DNA from: Candidatus Peribacter sp. | GTDB taxonomy: Bacteria; Patescibacteriota; Gracilibacteria; Peribacterales; Peribacteraceae | Assembly: GCA_018652955.1 (NCBI GenBank) | Contig: JABIBA010000013.1 | Location: 55,880 to 119,879, forward strand | DNA: 64,000 bases | Direction: 5' to 3' | Part shown: positions 20,704-30,970 of the stretch, piece after piece | Layout: every line of letters begins with the position of its first letter | Numbering within the stretch: position 1 is the first letter of the stretch | The notes under the pieces: generated by a model | What the model saw: only the letters and a program-made list of their open reading frames with translations | Database searches by the model: none | Told to the model about the DNA's origin: nothing | Position numbers and translations under genes: made by a program

Positions 20704-21462
20704 ATGGAAGAAAAAGCAATTTACCTCAAGCCCCCAGTGTGGCTCCCTGTTCTCGTCGCACTCATAGCCGGTGGACTTTATGTTACTGGTAAGTACGTCG
20801 AAACTCGGCACATGGATCAGTTTACTATTTCTATTCAAGGAAGCGGAAAAGTAAGCGCAGTTCCAGATATCGCATCACTAAACTTTGGTGTGCAGACTGG
20901 CCGTCAAAAAACGGCAGCTGGAGCAATGAATATGCTGACAGATAACATGACAGCAGTTGTAGAAGCTATTAAAGAATCTGGAGTAGAAGAAAAAGATATT
21001 CGTACACAGTACCTAAACCTTAATCCTGCATACGACTGGAATGAGGGAAAGAGGGTGGACAGAGGGTTTGAAGCGACACAGTCGTTGGTTGTTAAGGTGC
21101 GCGATCTCGATAAGATCTCTGCGGTACTCGATGCAGCTGTTAAGGCAGGTGCTAACCAAGCAGGATCTGTTGGATTTACGATCGATGACCCAGATGAATT
21201 GCGAGAGCAGGCTAGAGCTGAGGCTATAGAAGACGCCCAGATAAAAGCTATGAAGCTTGCAAAAGACCTCGGGGTAACTCTTGGCGCTATGCAAGGGTTC
21301 TGGGAAGACCAAGGATACGGTGGACCTCAGCCTATGATGATGCGTTCAGAGTCTATGGATGCTTCTGGTGGATACGGAGGAGGTGGCATGAAGGCACCGC
21401 CAATCCCAGCAGGAGAACAAGAAGTAATGGTAAACGTAAACATCACGTACAAGATAAAGTAG
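20704..21462 (+). CDS. SIMPL/DUF541 (YggE-like) periplasmic protein
   Basis: N-terminal TM; ISIQGSGKVSAVPDIA, LVVKVRDLDKI-AVLDAAV-AGAN and AR-EAIEDAQ-KA motifs. Confidence 0.9.
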   Translation: MEEKAIYLKPPVWLPVLVALIAGGLYVTGKYVETRHMDQFTISIQGSGKVSAVPDIASLNFGVQTGRQKTAAGAMNMLTDNMTAVVEAIKESGVEEKDIRTQYLNLNPAYDWNEGKRVDRGFEATQSLVVKVRDLDKISAVLDAAVKAGANQAGSVGFTIDDPDELREQARAEAIEDAQIKAMKLAKDLGVTLGAMQGFWEDQGYGGPQPMMMRSESMDASGGYGGGGMKAPPIPAGEQEVMVNVNITYKIK

Positions 21463-21481
21463 TACGTAAAGCAGTGTAGTT

Positions 21482-21507
21482 AAAGGGCGTCTACGGGCGC
21501 CTTTTTT
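21482..21507. terminator. Bidirectional terminator between convergent genes
   Basis: AAAGGGCGTC-TACG-GGCGCCTTTTTT. Confidence 0.75.
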
Positions 21508-22159
21508 ACATTGTAATGGCTATGGAATCATTGAGCTGAAAACGCAGTCCATCTATTTCATTTTGAATTGCAGGCAATACATCTCCCCCTTGATGTAGAA
21601 GATCTTGTAATTTTGTCGTAAGTGCATTCCATGTTTCGGCTATAGGATGTACTTTTGCTCCGTAGGAAACAGCTTTTGTTGGTGCACGTTTATTCATGAT
21701 AAGCATCATTTGCGTATTTGCCTCTTGGGCTAAATCTGAAAATAACCTATTGGTTTCATGAAGTTGAGATTGCAGAGTATCGAGCCGTACTTCCATTTTC
21801 TGTATTATAGGTTTTGCATTCACATTCCAATACACCTCTCTGTGGTTTTTACCCTTTCTTGCTATTGCCTTTTTTCGAACTGTAAATTTCTTTCCTACTT
21901 TCTTACGTGTTTTTAATCGCATTTTTTCTATGGCAGTTTCTATTTTTCTTAGTTGATCAATACAACCTTCAAAGCTTAACAAGCACGCTTCAAGGGCAAG
22001 CACATGATTTTCACGATAACGTTCTTTTTCACTTAATTTTGCTACAAGTAATTCTTGTGCTTTATGACTCATGTTTGGGTGATATACCTTTACCCATGCC
22101 TTGGCCTCTTCAGGGGTCATTTCTTCTTGATAATCTGGATCGTGAAAGGTGTTACTCAT
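21506..22159 (-). CDS. Hypothetical coiled-coil protein
   Basis: 217-aa ORF, helical and heptad-rich; no recognisable motif. Confidence 0.7.
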   Translation of the reverse strand: MSNTFHDPDYQEEMTPEEAKAWVKVYHPNMSHKAQELLVAKLSEKERYRENHVLALEACLLSFEGCIDQLRKIETAIEKMRLKTRKKVGKKFTVRKKAIARKGKNHREVYWNVNAKPIIQKMEVRLDTLQSQLHETNRLFSDLAQEANTQMMLIMNKRAPTKAVSYGAKVHPIAETWNALTTKLQDLLHQGGDVLPAIQNEIDGLRFQLNDSIAITM

Positions 22160-22185
22160 AAAAAAAGACGAACCGAAGCCCGTCT
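22160..22185 (-). terminator. Terminator-like hairpin directly before the 22159 start codon
   Basis: Minus strand AGACGGGC-TTCG-GTTCGTCT followed by a T-run abutting ATG. Confidence 0.6.
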
Positions 22186-22207
22186 ACTATATACCATGTC
22201 TCGCCCC

Positions 22208-22804
22208 TTACTTTTTGCTCTTCTTCTTCCGGTGCATAGTTTTTGCCTTACAGGCAGCAACTACAGCACTGGCAGACATGGTGTTCTTCTTTGGAGAGCG
22301 ACGTTTTGCTGCTGTTGGCTTGGTTCTTGCTCCAAGCTCGAAGCAAATATCTGTAATTACTTCGTGGAAGTTCTTAGACCCGATTGAGCGTTTGAGTGTT
22401 GCTGCTAACCATCCGAGTGTTATAAAACCACACACGATAAAGATCGCGCGCCATTCTGCAGGACCAAGACCGAGAGCACGTTTAAAGTTTGAGGTAATAA
22501 GAGCAATAAAAATTGTAGTTAGTGTAGAGAGTGGTGCAATCCATTCACGCTTACCAAGCTGTGCAATATTACGTTTGAGTGTCAGAAGTGTTTTGTCTTG
22601 TGTAACAATAATGAGTCTCTGGTTTGTATTCTTGTGAATACCAATAACACGGGTATCTAAATCTCCTGCAAGAGTATTGAGGAATGATGGTGTTGCGTTT
22701 CCTTCTACCTCGTCTTCTGTGGTGTCAATATCTGCTTCTAAAACTGCTCGTTCGCGGTAATCTGGGTCTGCTAGAAGACGGTTAAGAGAGGAGTTCATTC
22801 CCAT
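22208..22804 (-). CDS. Hypothetical two-TM membrane protein with basic tail
   Basis: Acidic N-terminus, two hydrophobic helices (WIAPLSTLTTIFIALIT; WRAIFIVCGFITLGWLAA) and a Lys/Arg-rich C-terminus. Confidence 0.75.
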   Translation of the reverse strand: MGMNSSLNRLLADPDYRERAVLEADIDTTEDEVEGNATPSFLNTLAGDLDTRVIGIHKNTNQRLIIVTQDKTLLTLKRNIAQLGKREWIAPLSTLTTIFIALITSNFKRALGLGPAEWRAIFIVCGFITLGWLAATLKRSIGSKNFHEVITDICFELGARTKPTAAKRRSPKKNTMSASAVVAACKAKTMHRKKKSKK

Positions 22805-22836
22805 GGGTTTTGGTGGTAGATATTACTAAGTACTGA

Positions 22837-22865
22837 AATGTACATCTAGTACAATCTATTGTCAA
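22837..22865 (-). promoter_or_regulatory. Sigma-70 promoter for the 22804 gene
   Basis: TTGACA (22865-22860), 17-nt spacer, TACATT (22842-22837). Confidence 0.5.
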
Positions 22866-22889
22866 AGAAACTAATGTGAAGAATTGTAT

Positions 22890-23357
22890 TTATTTAGATT
22901 TAGTACCTTTTCCAGTCATTTGTGTGATTACTATGCGAAACAGTGTGGCCTTTTTACCATCTATAGTAAGAGGCACGGGCATTCCTTCTATGTCGATTGG
23001 CACATCGACGCCGACAACATCTTGGACAGTTGCGAGGCGATCGCTTAAATATTTAACGGCATCAATCGATTCCTTTTTGTCGAGACTTCTAAAGTCTAGC
23101 TCTTCAAATTCTCCTTCACACAACACGCTTCTCCAGACACGCCCTTTGGTATCTCCTACGTGGAAGCAACAGTGAGGATTGCTGCGCAGCACTTGTGTCT
23201 TTCGTCCGTCGACCGTTTGGCCATATAAAATACCGGACTTGTATGCGAATGCCATGGGCACAAGGTACGGCCTGTCATCTATACAACACGCCAAGTGTCC
23301 TAGTACCTGTGTTGCTAGTACTTCTTTCATCTCTTCTTCGGTGAGGTCATGTGTCAT
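22890..23357 (-). CDS. Pyridoxamine 5'-phosphate oxidase-like (NimA-type) flavin-binding protein
   Basis: LGHLAC-DDRPYLVPM-FAY, GRKT--LRSNP-CCFHV and WRSVLCEGEFEEL. Start moved to ATG 23357, with TATACT 7 nt upstream. Confidence 0.85.
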   Translation of the reverse strand: MTHDLTEEEMKEVLATQVLGHLACCIDDRPYLVPMAFAYKSGILYGQTVDGRKTQVLRSNPHCCFHVGDTKGRVWRSVLCEGEFEELDFRSLDKKESIDAVKYLSDRLATVQDVVGVDVPIDIEGMPVPLTIDGKKATLFRIVITQMTGKGTKSK

Positions 23358-23377
23358 GTGCACAAGTATACACATAA

Positions 23378-23405
23378 TCAAAAAGACCTCGGAAGGTCTT
23401 TTGAT
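23378..23405 (-). terminator. Terminator after the 37-aa peptide gene
   Basis: AAAAGACCT-CGGA-AGGTCTTTT hairpin with flanking A/T runs. Confidence 0.7.
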
Positions 23406-23422
23406 GTTGGTGTGAGTAGAAC

Positions 23423-23536
23423 TTACTCAGATGCTTCTTCTGTTGCTTCTTCAGCAGCAGGTGCAGCAGAGTCGTCTCCGTGAGCGCTTCCGCATCCGCA
23501 TCCGTCGCCGTCGTCAAATAGTGAACTGTAATCCAT
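23423..23536 (-). CDS. 37-aa acidic peptide with CGCGxxH motif
   Basis: Below the ORF-track cutoff: MDYSSLFDDGDGCGCGSAHGDDSAAPAAEEATEEASE*. Followed by a terminator; TTCCC motif 10 nt upstream. Confidence 0.65.
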   Translation of the reverse strand: MDYSSLFDDGDGCGCGSAHGDDSAAPAAEEATEEASE

Positions 23537-23626
23537 AAAATTAGGTGGGAAAAATTACAACTCCATTGTTATATACCCGAAGGTGTTTTGACAAGGAAGT
23601 ATTCTATACTTTGTTTATCTATAGCC

Positions 23627-24037
23627 TTATTGTGGTAGTTGGGTTGCGTCACCATGGGCGAGCAACTCATGCATTTCTTGTACAAATTTATCTGAACTGA
23701 ACGGTTTAGGTAGCAGTATATGAGGTGAGCATTCACTCTGTGCTTTTTCGCTAAACTCAGAAGAGCTTAAATGGGCTGAGTGGAGCACACGGTAAATATC
23801 AGGTCGGTTCTCTTGTACCCATTTTAAGACTGCAATTCCATCCATACCTGTGCCAAGATCGAAGTCTGAAACAACAATATGTGTATCATTGGTAATGAGA
23901 CGCAAGCCTTCTTCTCCTGTTGGTGCTAATACGATTTCTCCTAGTTTTTGATCATCTGCGAAGCTATCTAAGCTCCATTTAAAACTTTTTCGATTCATTT
24001 CACGGTCATCAATGTATAGGAGGGTCTTTTCTGTCAT
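23627..24037 (-). CDS. Single-domain response regulator (receiver)
   Basis: LLYIDD, IVVSDFDL (phospho-Asp), MDGIAVL, VLHSA and LPKPF. The track's N-terminal extension overlaps sufB, so ATG 24037 is used. Confidence 0.85.
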   Translation of the reverse strand: MTEKTLLYIDDREMNRKSFKWSLDSFADDQKLGEIVLAPTGEEGLRLITNDTHIVVSDFDLGTGMDGIAVLKWVQENRPDIYRVLHSAHLSSSEFSEKAQSECSPHILLPKPFSSDKFVQEMHELLAHGDATQLPQ

Positions 24038-24125
24038 AAATGTATTTAAGCAATATATATTATTAATGTCAAACATAGTGTCATTTATGGGGTATACATC
24101 CGAAATAGTGCTATGATTTGGCTTC

Positions 24126-25529
24126 ATGACTGATCCTAAGATATTTGCCGGCCTCAATCGCGATACGTTTGATACGGCTAATCCCGCTCCGTATGCAGAT
24201 GGAGCGACGCGTGGAGTATCCGAAGAGCTGGTCCGCAAGATCAGTGCAGATAAGGAGGAGCCTGAGTGGCTACTTGAGCATCGCCTAGAGTCACTAAAGA
24301 TCTTCTTAGAAAAGCCACTGCCAAAGTGGGGAGCAGATATCTCTAGTCTCGATTTGGATGACATTATTTATTACGCCTCGGCAGGAGCTGAAGAAACCGA
24401 TAACTGGGACGAAGTGCCAGAAGATATTCGGCGTGTGTATGACCGACTTGGAATCCCTGAGGCAGAACGCAAGATGCTCGCAGGAGTTGGAGCACAATAC
24501 GAAAGTGACATGGTGTACCACTCGCTCAAGGCGAAGTGGGAGGACCTTGGTGTTATCTTTTTAGATATGGATAAAGCGGTGCAAGAACATCCGAAACTTG
24601 TGCAGGAATATTTTATGAAGTGTGTCCCGAATACAGACCACAAGTTTGCAGCACTGCATGGAGCCGTGTGGAGTGGGGGAACATTTTTGTATGTACCAGA
24701 AGGAGTAACAGTAGAAGAGCCGCTGCAGGCGTACTTTCGTATGAACGCAAAGAACATGGGACAGTTTGAACACACGCTCATCATCGCAGAAGCAGGTTCC
24801 AATGTGCATTACATCGAAGGGTGCAGTGCTCCGAAATATGGATCACAAGCATTACACGCAGGGTGCGTAGAGATCTTTGTAAAGGAAGGCGCGAAGGCGC
24901 GGTACTCATCTGTAGAAAACTGGAGTCGTGATACGTATAACTTAAACACTAAGCGTGCGATTGTGCAGAAAGATGCAACGATGGAATGGATAGGAGGGAA
25001 CATGGGGTCTGGTGTGACGATGCTCTATCCGTGCAGTGTTCTTGTTGGAGAAGGTGCTCGGTGTGATCATCTCGCCTTAGCTTTCGCCAATAAAGATCAG
25101 TGGCAAGACACGGGTGCAAAAGTCATTCACCAAGCACCACACACGTCATCGAATGTAGTTTCCAAAAGCATCAGCAAAGAAGGGGGAGTGTCTGTGTATC
25201 GCGGTCTTTTGAAAATTGCACCGAAGGCACACGATTGTATAGCGAGTGTGGAATGCGATGCACTACTTCTCGATGAAGAGAGTCGTACTGATACAATTCC
25301 TGATATTCAAATTCGTAATAACGATGTGACCGTTGCCCACGAAGCGACCGTCGGGAAACTAAGTGAAGAAGATGTTTTCTACTTAACCTCTCGTGGTATC
25401 GCTGAAGAAGAGGCGAAGGCTATGATCGTAAATGGCTTTATTGAGCCGATAGTCAGGCAGCTTCCTCTCGAGTACGCAGTAGAGATGAATCGCCTTATAG
25501 AGCTAGAAATGGAGGGTTCTGTGGGATAG
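24126..25529 (+). CDS. sufB: Fe-S cluster assembly protein SufB
   Basis: AGVGAQYES, AVWSGGTF, GQFEHTLII, YIEGCSAP, QDTGAK, HEATVGK and LPLEYAVE motifs. Confidence 0.97.
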   Translation: MTDPKIFAGLNRDTFDTANPAPYADGATRGVSEELVRKISADKEEPEWLLEHRLESLKIFLEKPLPKWGADISSLDLDDIIYYASAGAEETDNWDEVPEDIRRVYDRLGIPEAERKMLAGVGAQYESDMVYHSLKAKWEDLGVIFLDMDKAVQEHPKLVQEYFMKCVPNTDHKFAALHGAVWSGGTFLYVPEGVTVEEPLQAYFRMNAKNMGQFEHTLIIAEAGSNVHYIEGCSAPKYGSQALHAGCVEIFVKEGAKARYSSVENWSRDTYNLNTKRAIVQKDATMEWIGGNMGSGVTMLYPCSVLVGEGARCDHLALAFANKDQWQDTGAKVIHQAPHTSSNVVSKSISKEGGVSVYRGLLKIAPKAHDCIASVECDALLLDEESRTDTIPDIQIRNNDVTVAHEATVGKLSEEDVFYLTSRGIAEEEAKAMIVNGFIEPIVRQLPLEYAVEMNRLIELEMEGSVG

Positions 25530-25563
25530 TTGCATTTATATTATATATACGTATAATAACAGT

Positions 25564-25776
25564 ATGGTAAGCACATTAAATGAAGGCGGCTCCGCTGTGG
25601 ATGTTGAATCTCTCATGCATGATTTGCCTGAAAATGCTGAATTGGGTGATAAGATAGATCGGCTCTCTTCACTTTCAGATACACAATTAAAAGGGATTAT
25701 GAGTGGAGTAGATGATGTAGCTAGTCAGGCTGCAGCAGTTATTTTATGGCAAAGAAAACCTCGTAAGGCGAAGTAA
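25564..25776 (+). CDS. Small hypothetical protein (70 aa)
   Basis: ORF with perfect TATAAT 6 nt upstream of ATG. Confidence 0.6.
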   Translation: MVSTLNEGGSAVDVESLMHDLPENAELGDKIDRLSSLSDTQLKGIMSGVDDVASQAAAVILWQRKPRKAK

Positions 25777-25785
25777 GAATTTTTC

Positions 25786-26157
25786 TTATGCGATTACATC
25801 CATAGTAGGATCATCGTCCGTAGGATATTTGTTCCATCCTAAAGCCTCGTAAATCTTTACTCGATCTGATGAAACTCGGTCAACAATTGTTTTGAGTAAA
25901 CCTTGTTTTGGATAATTCTCACCTCTACCTGCTAGGCTCTCAGCCATTATGTTGTATTGTCTTCTTGTTAAGAGGTTATTATCAATTAAGTATTGCAAGG
26001 CAGGCTCTAGTGTATTGTTTGCTTCTATGGCTACACTTGCAGCTTGGTTTGCAGGTATATAATCAAGAAATCTTATAACTTTATCTCTTAATATAGGATC
26101 ATGAATCTCGAATTCCCGATCATCTCCTCCCTGTGCTCGTAGTGAGTCTTCACGCAT
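25786..26157 (-). CDS. Hypothetical protein (about 123 aa)
   Basis: ORF convergent on the previous gene; ATG 26157 has TATAAT 6 nt upstream. Confidence 0.65.
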   Translation of the reverse strand: MREDSLRAQGGDDREFEIHDPILRDKVIRFLDYIPANQAASVAIEANNTLEPALQYLIDNNLLTRRQYNIMAESLAGRGENYPKQGLLKTIVDRVSSDRVKIYEALGWNKYPTDDDPTMDVIA

Positions 26158-26221
26158 ATGTATATTATACATCAGAGCTAATATTTTGTCGATCGCCTAA
26201 ATTAGGCTACAGTGTGGCTCT

Positions 26222-27049
26222 ATGGACGCACCAGAACTAGGATCACTACTCGATGTGGACTCAGAATCAGAGGTTTCTGTGCAGCGTTTTGCAGCAGGGT
26301 CTCAGCATAGAGAACCTGTCTCTCTTATTATTGATTCGCCTACACATCTGTTGATTGTAGTAGGAGAAGATGCACAGGTCACTGTGGAAGTGACAGTACG
26401 AAGTACATGTTCTATGGAAATTATCGCAGAGGAAAATGCGTCGGTTACTGTTATTTGTGTGCAGCAAACATCGGGGAGTATCAGGCAACGAAGTTCTATT
26501 GGTGCAGGTGCATCTATCAAATTTCAAAATGTTACGTTGGCATCAGAAGTTGAGCATCATGTGCAGTCACATCTTACGGGTCGTGGAGCAACGAGTGACA
26601 TCGACTGGATCTTCTATGCAAAAGACAAAGACACCCAAGACCTTACTGCGCGTAATATGTTTGAGGCAGCAGAAGGTGGGGGAGAGATTACGATGAAGGG
26701 TATCGCAGAACAGAATGCGTATGTGCGTTGTGATGGACTGATTGATATTGGATTACAAGGAGGCGGAACAGATACGTATTTGTCCGAAGATGTTCTCATG
26801 CTTGATGACACCGCGAAAGTAGATGCAATTCCTGGGCTCGAAATTAAAACGAATGATGTAAAAGCGTCGCACTCAGCAACAATATCTAAGGTAACCCCTG
26901 AGGATTTGTTTTATTTTGCTTCACGTGGAATCGCAGAGAAAGAAGCACGGCGAATGTATGTGCAGGGATTTTTGGGAGACTTAACAAAGCGCATAGAACA
27001 TACAGCGTTGCGAGAAAGTGTTCTGGAAAAGATTATAGCTCGTTATTAA
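26222..27049 (+). CDS. sufD: SufD family Fe-S assembly protein (short)
   Basis: DAIPGLEI-TNDVKASHSATI, LFYFASRGI and ARRMYVQGF motifs. Confidence 0.9.
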   Translation: MDAPELGSLLDVDSESEVSVQRFAAGSQHREPVSLIIDSPTHLLIVVGEDAQVTVEVTVRSTCSMEIIAEENASVTVICVQQTSGSIRQRSSIGAGASIKFQNVTLASEVEHHVQSHLTGRGATSDIDWIFYAKDKDTQDLTARNMFEAAEGGGEITMKGIAEQNAYVRCDGLIDIGLQGGGTDTYLSEDVLMLDDTAKVDAIPGLEIKTNDVKASHSATISKVTPEDLFYFASRGIAEKEARRMYVQGFLGDLTKRIEHTALRESVLEKIIARY

Positions 27050-27686
27050 TCATCTCCTGAATACCACTGCTATCTACAAAGAGAAGAGTTGGTGTGAGGG
27101 GATAGTCTTCTTCTTGGTCGAATTCGTTTTGTACTTGAGATGCAAATGCATCAAACAATGAGAAGTCTTTGTGCCAGAAGATGAGGAAATCGCGAGTAGG
27201 GATTGCAGCAATGTAGCTTTCTCCAAGCTCTCTTGTAATTGCTTTGCGTACTCCATCGCTGAGTAAGCGCGCCGCTGCGTATCCATCATCGAGTTCGACG
27301 ATTACGTACTTTGCTGTTTCATCTTCTTCTGAGGCTTGCGCTACTTCTACTTTGATATTGCGAGAGATAGCATCGAGGTTGTTGCTTGCTTGTGCGTAGA
27401 GCGTATCTTCATCGATGTTCCATTCTTCAAGCATGACACTATTAACAAATTGATATTTTGTTCCTGCATCTATCACCACTCCTACATCTACCTCAGAGAT
27501 AAATGGTCTGTGGAGAACATCAATATTTTCTTTATGTGTGGCGGGCATCAGTTGTAATACCACGTCATCACGTATGTTACGCCACCCCTCATTTGCATTG
27601 CGCGCAGAGATGAATATTAGTCCTGAGCTCGCTACCGCTAGAATGATACCGATAAGGACGATGTTGGTGGATTGCTTTCGAAACAT
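27033..27686 (-). CDS. DUF1444/YtpQ-like membrane-anchored protein
   Basis: N-terminal TM; EEWNIDEDTL---A--NL, DDGYAAARLL and AAIPTRDFL. Start ATG 27686 has TGcTACAAT 7 nt upstream. Confidence 0.7.
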   Translation of the reverse strand: MFRKQSTNIVLIGIILAVASSGLIFISARNANEGWRNIRDDVVLQLMPATHKENIDVLHRPFISEVDVGVVIDAGTKYQFVNSVMLEEWNIDEDTLYAQASNNLDAISRNIKVEVAQASEEDETAKYVIVELDDGYAAARLLSDGVRKAITRELGESYIAAIPTRDFLIFWHKDFSLFDAFASQVQNEFDQEEDYPLTPTLLFVDSSGIQEMINNEL

Positions 27687-27746
27687 GAATTGCATTGTAG
27701 CAATTTTGGCCTATTGAACCACGCTTTTCTTTAGATTTCGATTACT

Positions 27747-27780
27747 AAAAAGCGCCTTCAAAGCACCGTAGAAGTAGAAA
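27747..27780 (-). other. 3' arm of the pre-16S processing stem
   Basis: Near-perfect reverse complement of 29509-29541 (AAAAGCGCCTTCAAAGCACCGTAGAAGTAGAAA vs TTTCTACTCTACGATGCTGTGAAGGAGCTCTT). Confidence 0.75.
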
Positions 27781-27911
27781 TGATCTCGAGCTTCCGTATC
27801 CCAATTCCTTCGAGGAAAGAATCAGAATACGAAAGAGTGTCTCTCGAGCAATCAAAATGCGTGTTGGCTTTAGACACTGTCCAGAGCACGCTACCAAAGA
27901 TTATTCCCTGG

Positions 27912-29378
<1,467 letters not shown>

Positions 29379-29508
29379 GAAGTGTTTTGAGTTGTGCCAC
29401 TGTAGTTCAGTGGCGGTTCAAAGGAATACTAACGAAGTTAGTATAATAAATTTTAATTTAGTGGAGTCCATGCTCGAAAGCTCGAAAGCTTAAGAGATGG
29501 ATATAATA

Positions 29509-29541
29509 TTTTCTACTCTACGATGCTGTGAAGGAGCTCTT
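29509..29541 (-). other. 5' arm of the pre-16S processing stem
   Basis: Complementary to 27747-27780. Confidence 0.75.
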
Positions 29542-29650
29542 GCCCACGCACAGATGCATAAGAGGCAAAAGCCAGTTAAGCAGCATACGGGGGTAAAGTA
29601 TCTGCCTCCCCTTTGCCCACTAAATGGACCAGTTGGGAGGGAGCTGGGGA

Positions 29651-29678
29651 ATTTTACCTTCAAGAAACGTTACGTCAA
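29651..29678 (-). promoter_or_regulatory. Probable rRNA promoter
   Basis: TTGACG (29678-29673), 16-nt spacer, TAAAAT (29656-29651), upstream of the 16S leader. Confidence 0.5.
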
Positions 29679-29772
29679 GGAATTTTAACGTAAAACCGAC
29701 TTATTTTTGAGCTTTCAAGAAAAGACGCCGTCACGGGGACAGCGTCTTTCTGGAATTTGCGGTGGCTGGGCT

Positions 29773-30057
29773 CTAGAGGAGTCCAGCCTGTTTCAGCGTT
29801 TCTTCGTATACGAACAAACAGTGAAAGTAGACGACGAGGGCAGGTGCAGTCAGAGTGCAGAAGCCAAGAACCCAATAGGGCACGTGGAACTGTTTCGCTC
29901 CGCAGAACGAGTATTCTGAACTCTTTAGCCTGGCGACGATCTGACGCTTTAGAATGATCGCACAGCAACAAGTTGCGGCGACAAACAAAGCGACGATTGC
30001 GATACCAAGACCAAAACGAACCATTGAATCGACAGACATGTGGGTGAACAGTGACAT
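29773..30057 (-). CDS. Small two-TM hypothetical protein
   Basis: 94-aa ORF with two hydrophobic segments; GAGGAG upstream. Confidence 0.55.
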   Translation of the reverse strand: MSLFTHMSVDSMVRFGLGIAIVALFVAATCCCAIILKRQIVARLKSSEYSFCGAKQFHVPYWVLGFCTLTAPALVVYFHCLFVYEETLKQAGLL

Positions 30058-30165
30058 AAGTCAAGCTCCTCAAGCAGTGGACAAACGGTCGTTCCTGTTA
30101 CATACAGAAACGGTGATAGCAAAGACCTACTAGTATTATACCATTAAAAGGTAATGTTGGGAATA

Positions 30166-30921
30166 CTAGGAATTTGTAGGTATTTCCTGCTTTTGGCTTA
30201 TATTCTGCCCAGAAAGCATTCGTATTCTCTTGGATTTAACCGCTGCCCATGGAATCAGGCAAAAGAACTTTATAAAGTTCCAAGGGCCTCTTAGGCCTGG
30301 AGAAAGCTTGGATACACCGATTCTATGATCATAGGAGATGGGCTCATACAAAATTGTCGCTCGCTCTTTTCCGGCACAGACCATAAGTACGATATGGAGA
30401 GAGAACCAATTGGGATAGAGCTCTTTATATCTCTCTATCAGTTCTTTCTTACAGATGCGAAGACCAGAGTTGATGTCATCAATCTTTTGGCCAGAGCAAA
30501 CTTCCGCAAAGCGCCTTAGAAGGCCACGTGCATTTCTATGCAAGAACGGCCCTTTTGTAAGCTCTCTCCTAAATCCTACGATCATATCGGCCTCCTGTAT
30601 TTGTACATTCTCATATAGGCGAGGGATATCTTCTGGACGGTAGGTGTTGTCTGCATCAATCGTGGCGATCCATTCCCCTTTGGCGTGCTCTATTCCTGTG
30701 ACAATGGCAGCGCCATTCCCTGTATTTTTAATATGGCGAACTATTCGTAAAGAGGGGAGATCGATCTTCTTAAGTATCCCAGGCGTTGCATCCGTACTCC
30801 CGTCATCGACGGCGATAATTTCGTATCCTCCTTCTACTCCTTTAAGGGCTGCATCACTTCTTCTAATGATATCTTCTACAGCACCTGCTTCGTTATAGAT
30901 TGGGATGACAAGACTTAACAT
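30166..30921 (-). CDS. Glycosyltransferase family 2 (DPM/GtrB-like)
   Basis: SLVIPIYNE, VDDGSTD, TIDAD and DINSGLR motifs. Confidence 0.9.
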   Translation of the reverse strand: MLSLVIPIYNEAGAVEDIIRRSDAALKGVEGGYEIIAVDDGSTDATPGILKKIDLPSLRIVRHIKNTGNGAAIVTGIEHAKGEWIATIDADNTYRPEDIPRLYENVQIQEADMIVGFRRELTKGPFLHRNARGLLRRFAEVCSGQKIDDINSGLRICKKELIERYKELYPNWFSLHIVLMVCAGKERATILYEPISYDHRIGVSKLSPGLRGPWNFIKFFCLIPWAAVKSKRIRMLSGQNISQKQEIPTNS

Positions 30922-30970
30922 TAATTAGAGGATAGTGGATAATGCATTATTTTCAATCTACAATCTGATT

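Noticed and set aside
24038..24364. N-terminal 109-aa extension of the response-regulator ORF
   Set aside because: Antisense to sufB; the receiver domain starts at ATG 24037.
29472..29490. Short tandem GCTCGAAA repeat in the 16S leader
   Set aside because: Only about 2.4 copies; likely part of precursor structure, not an array.
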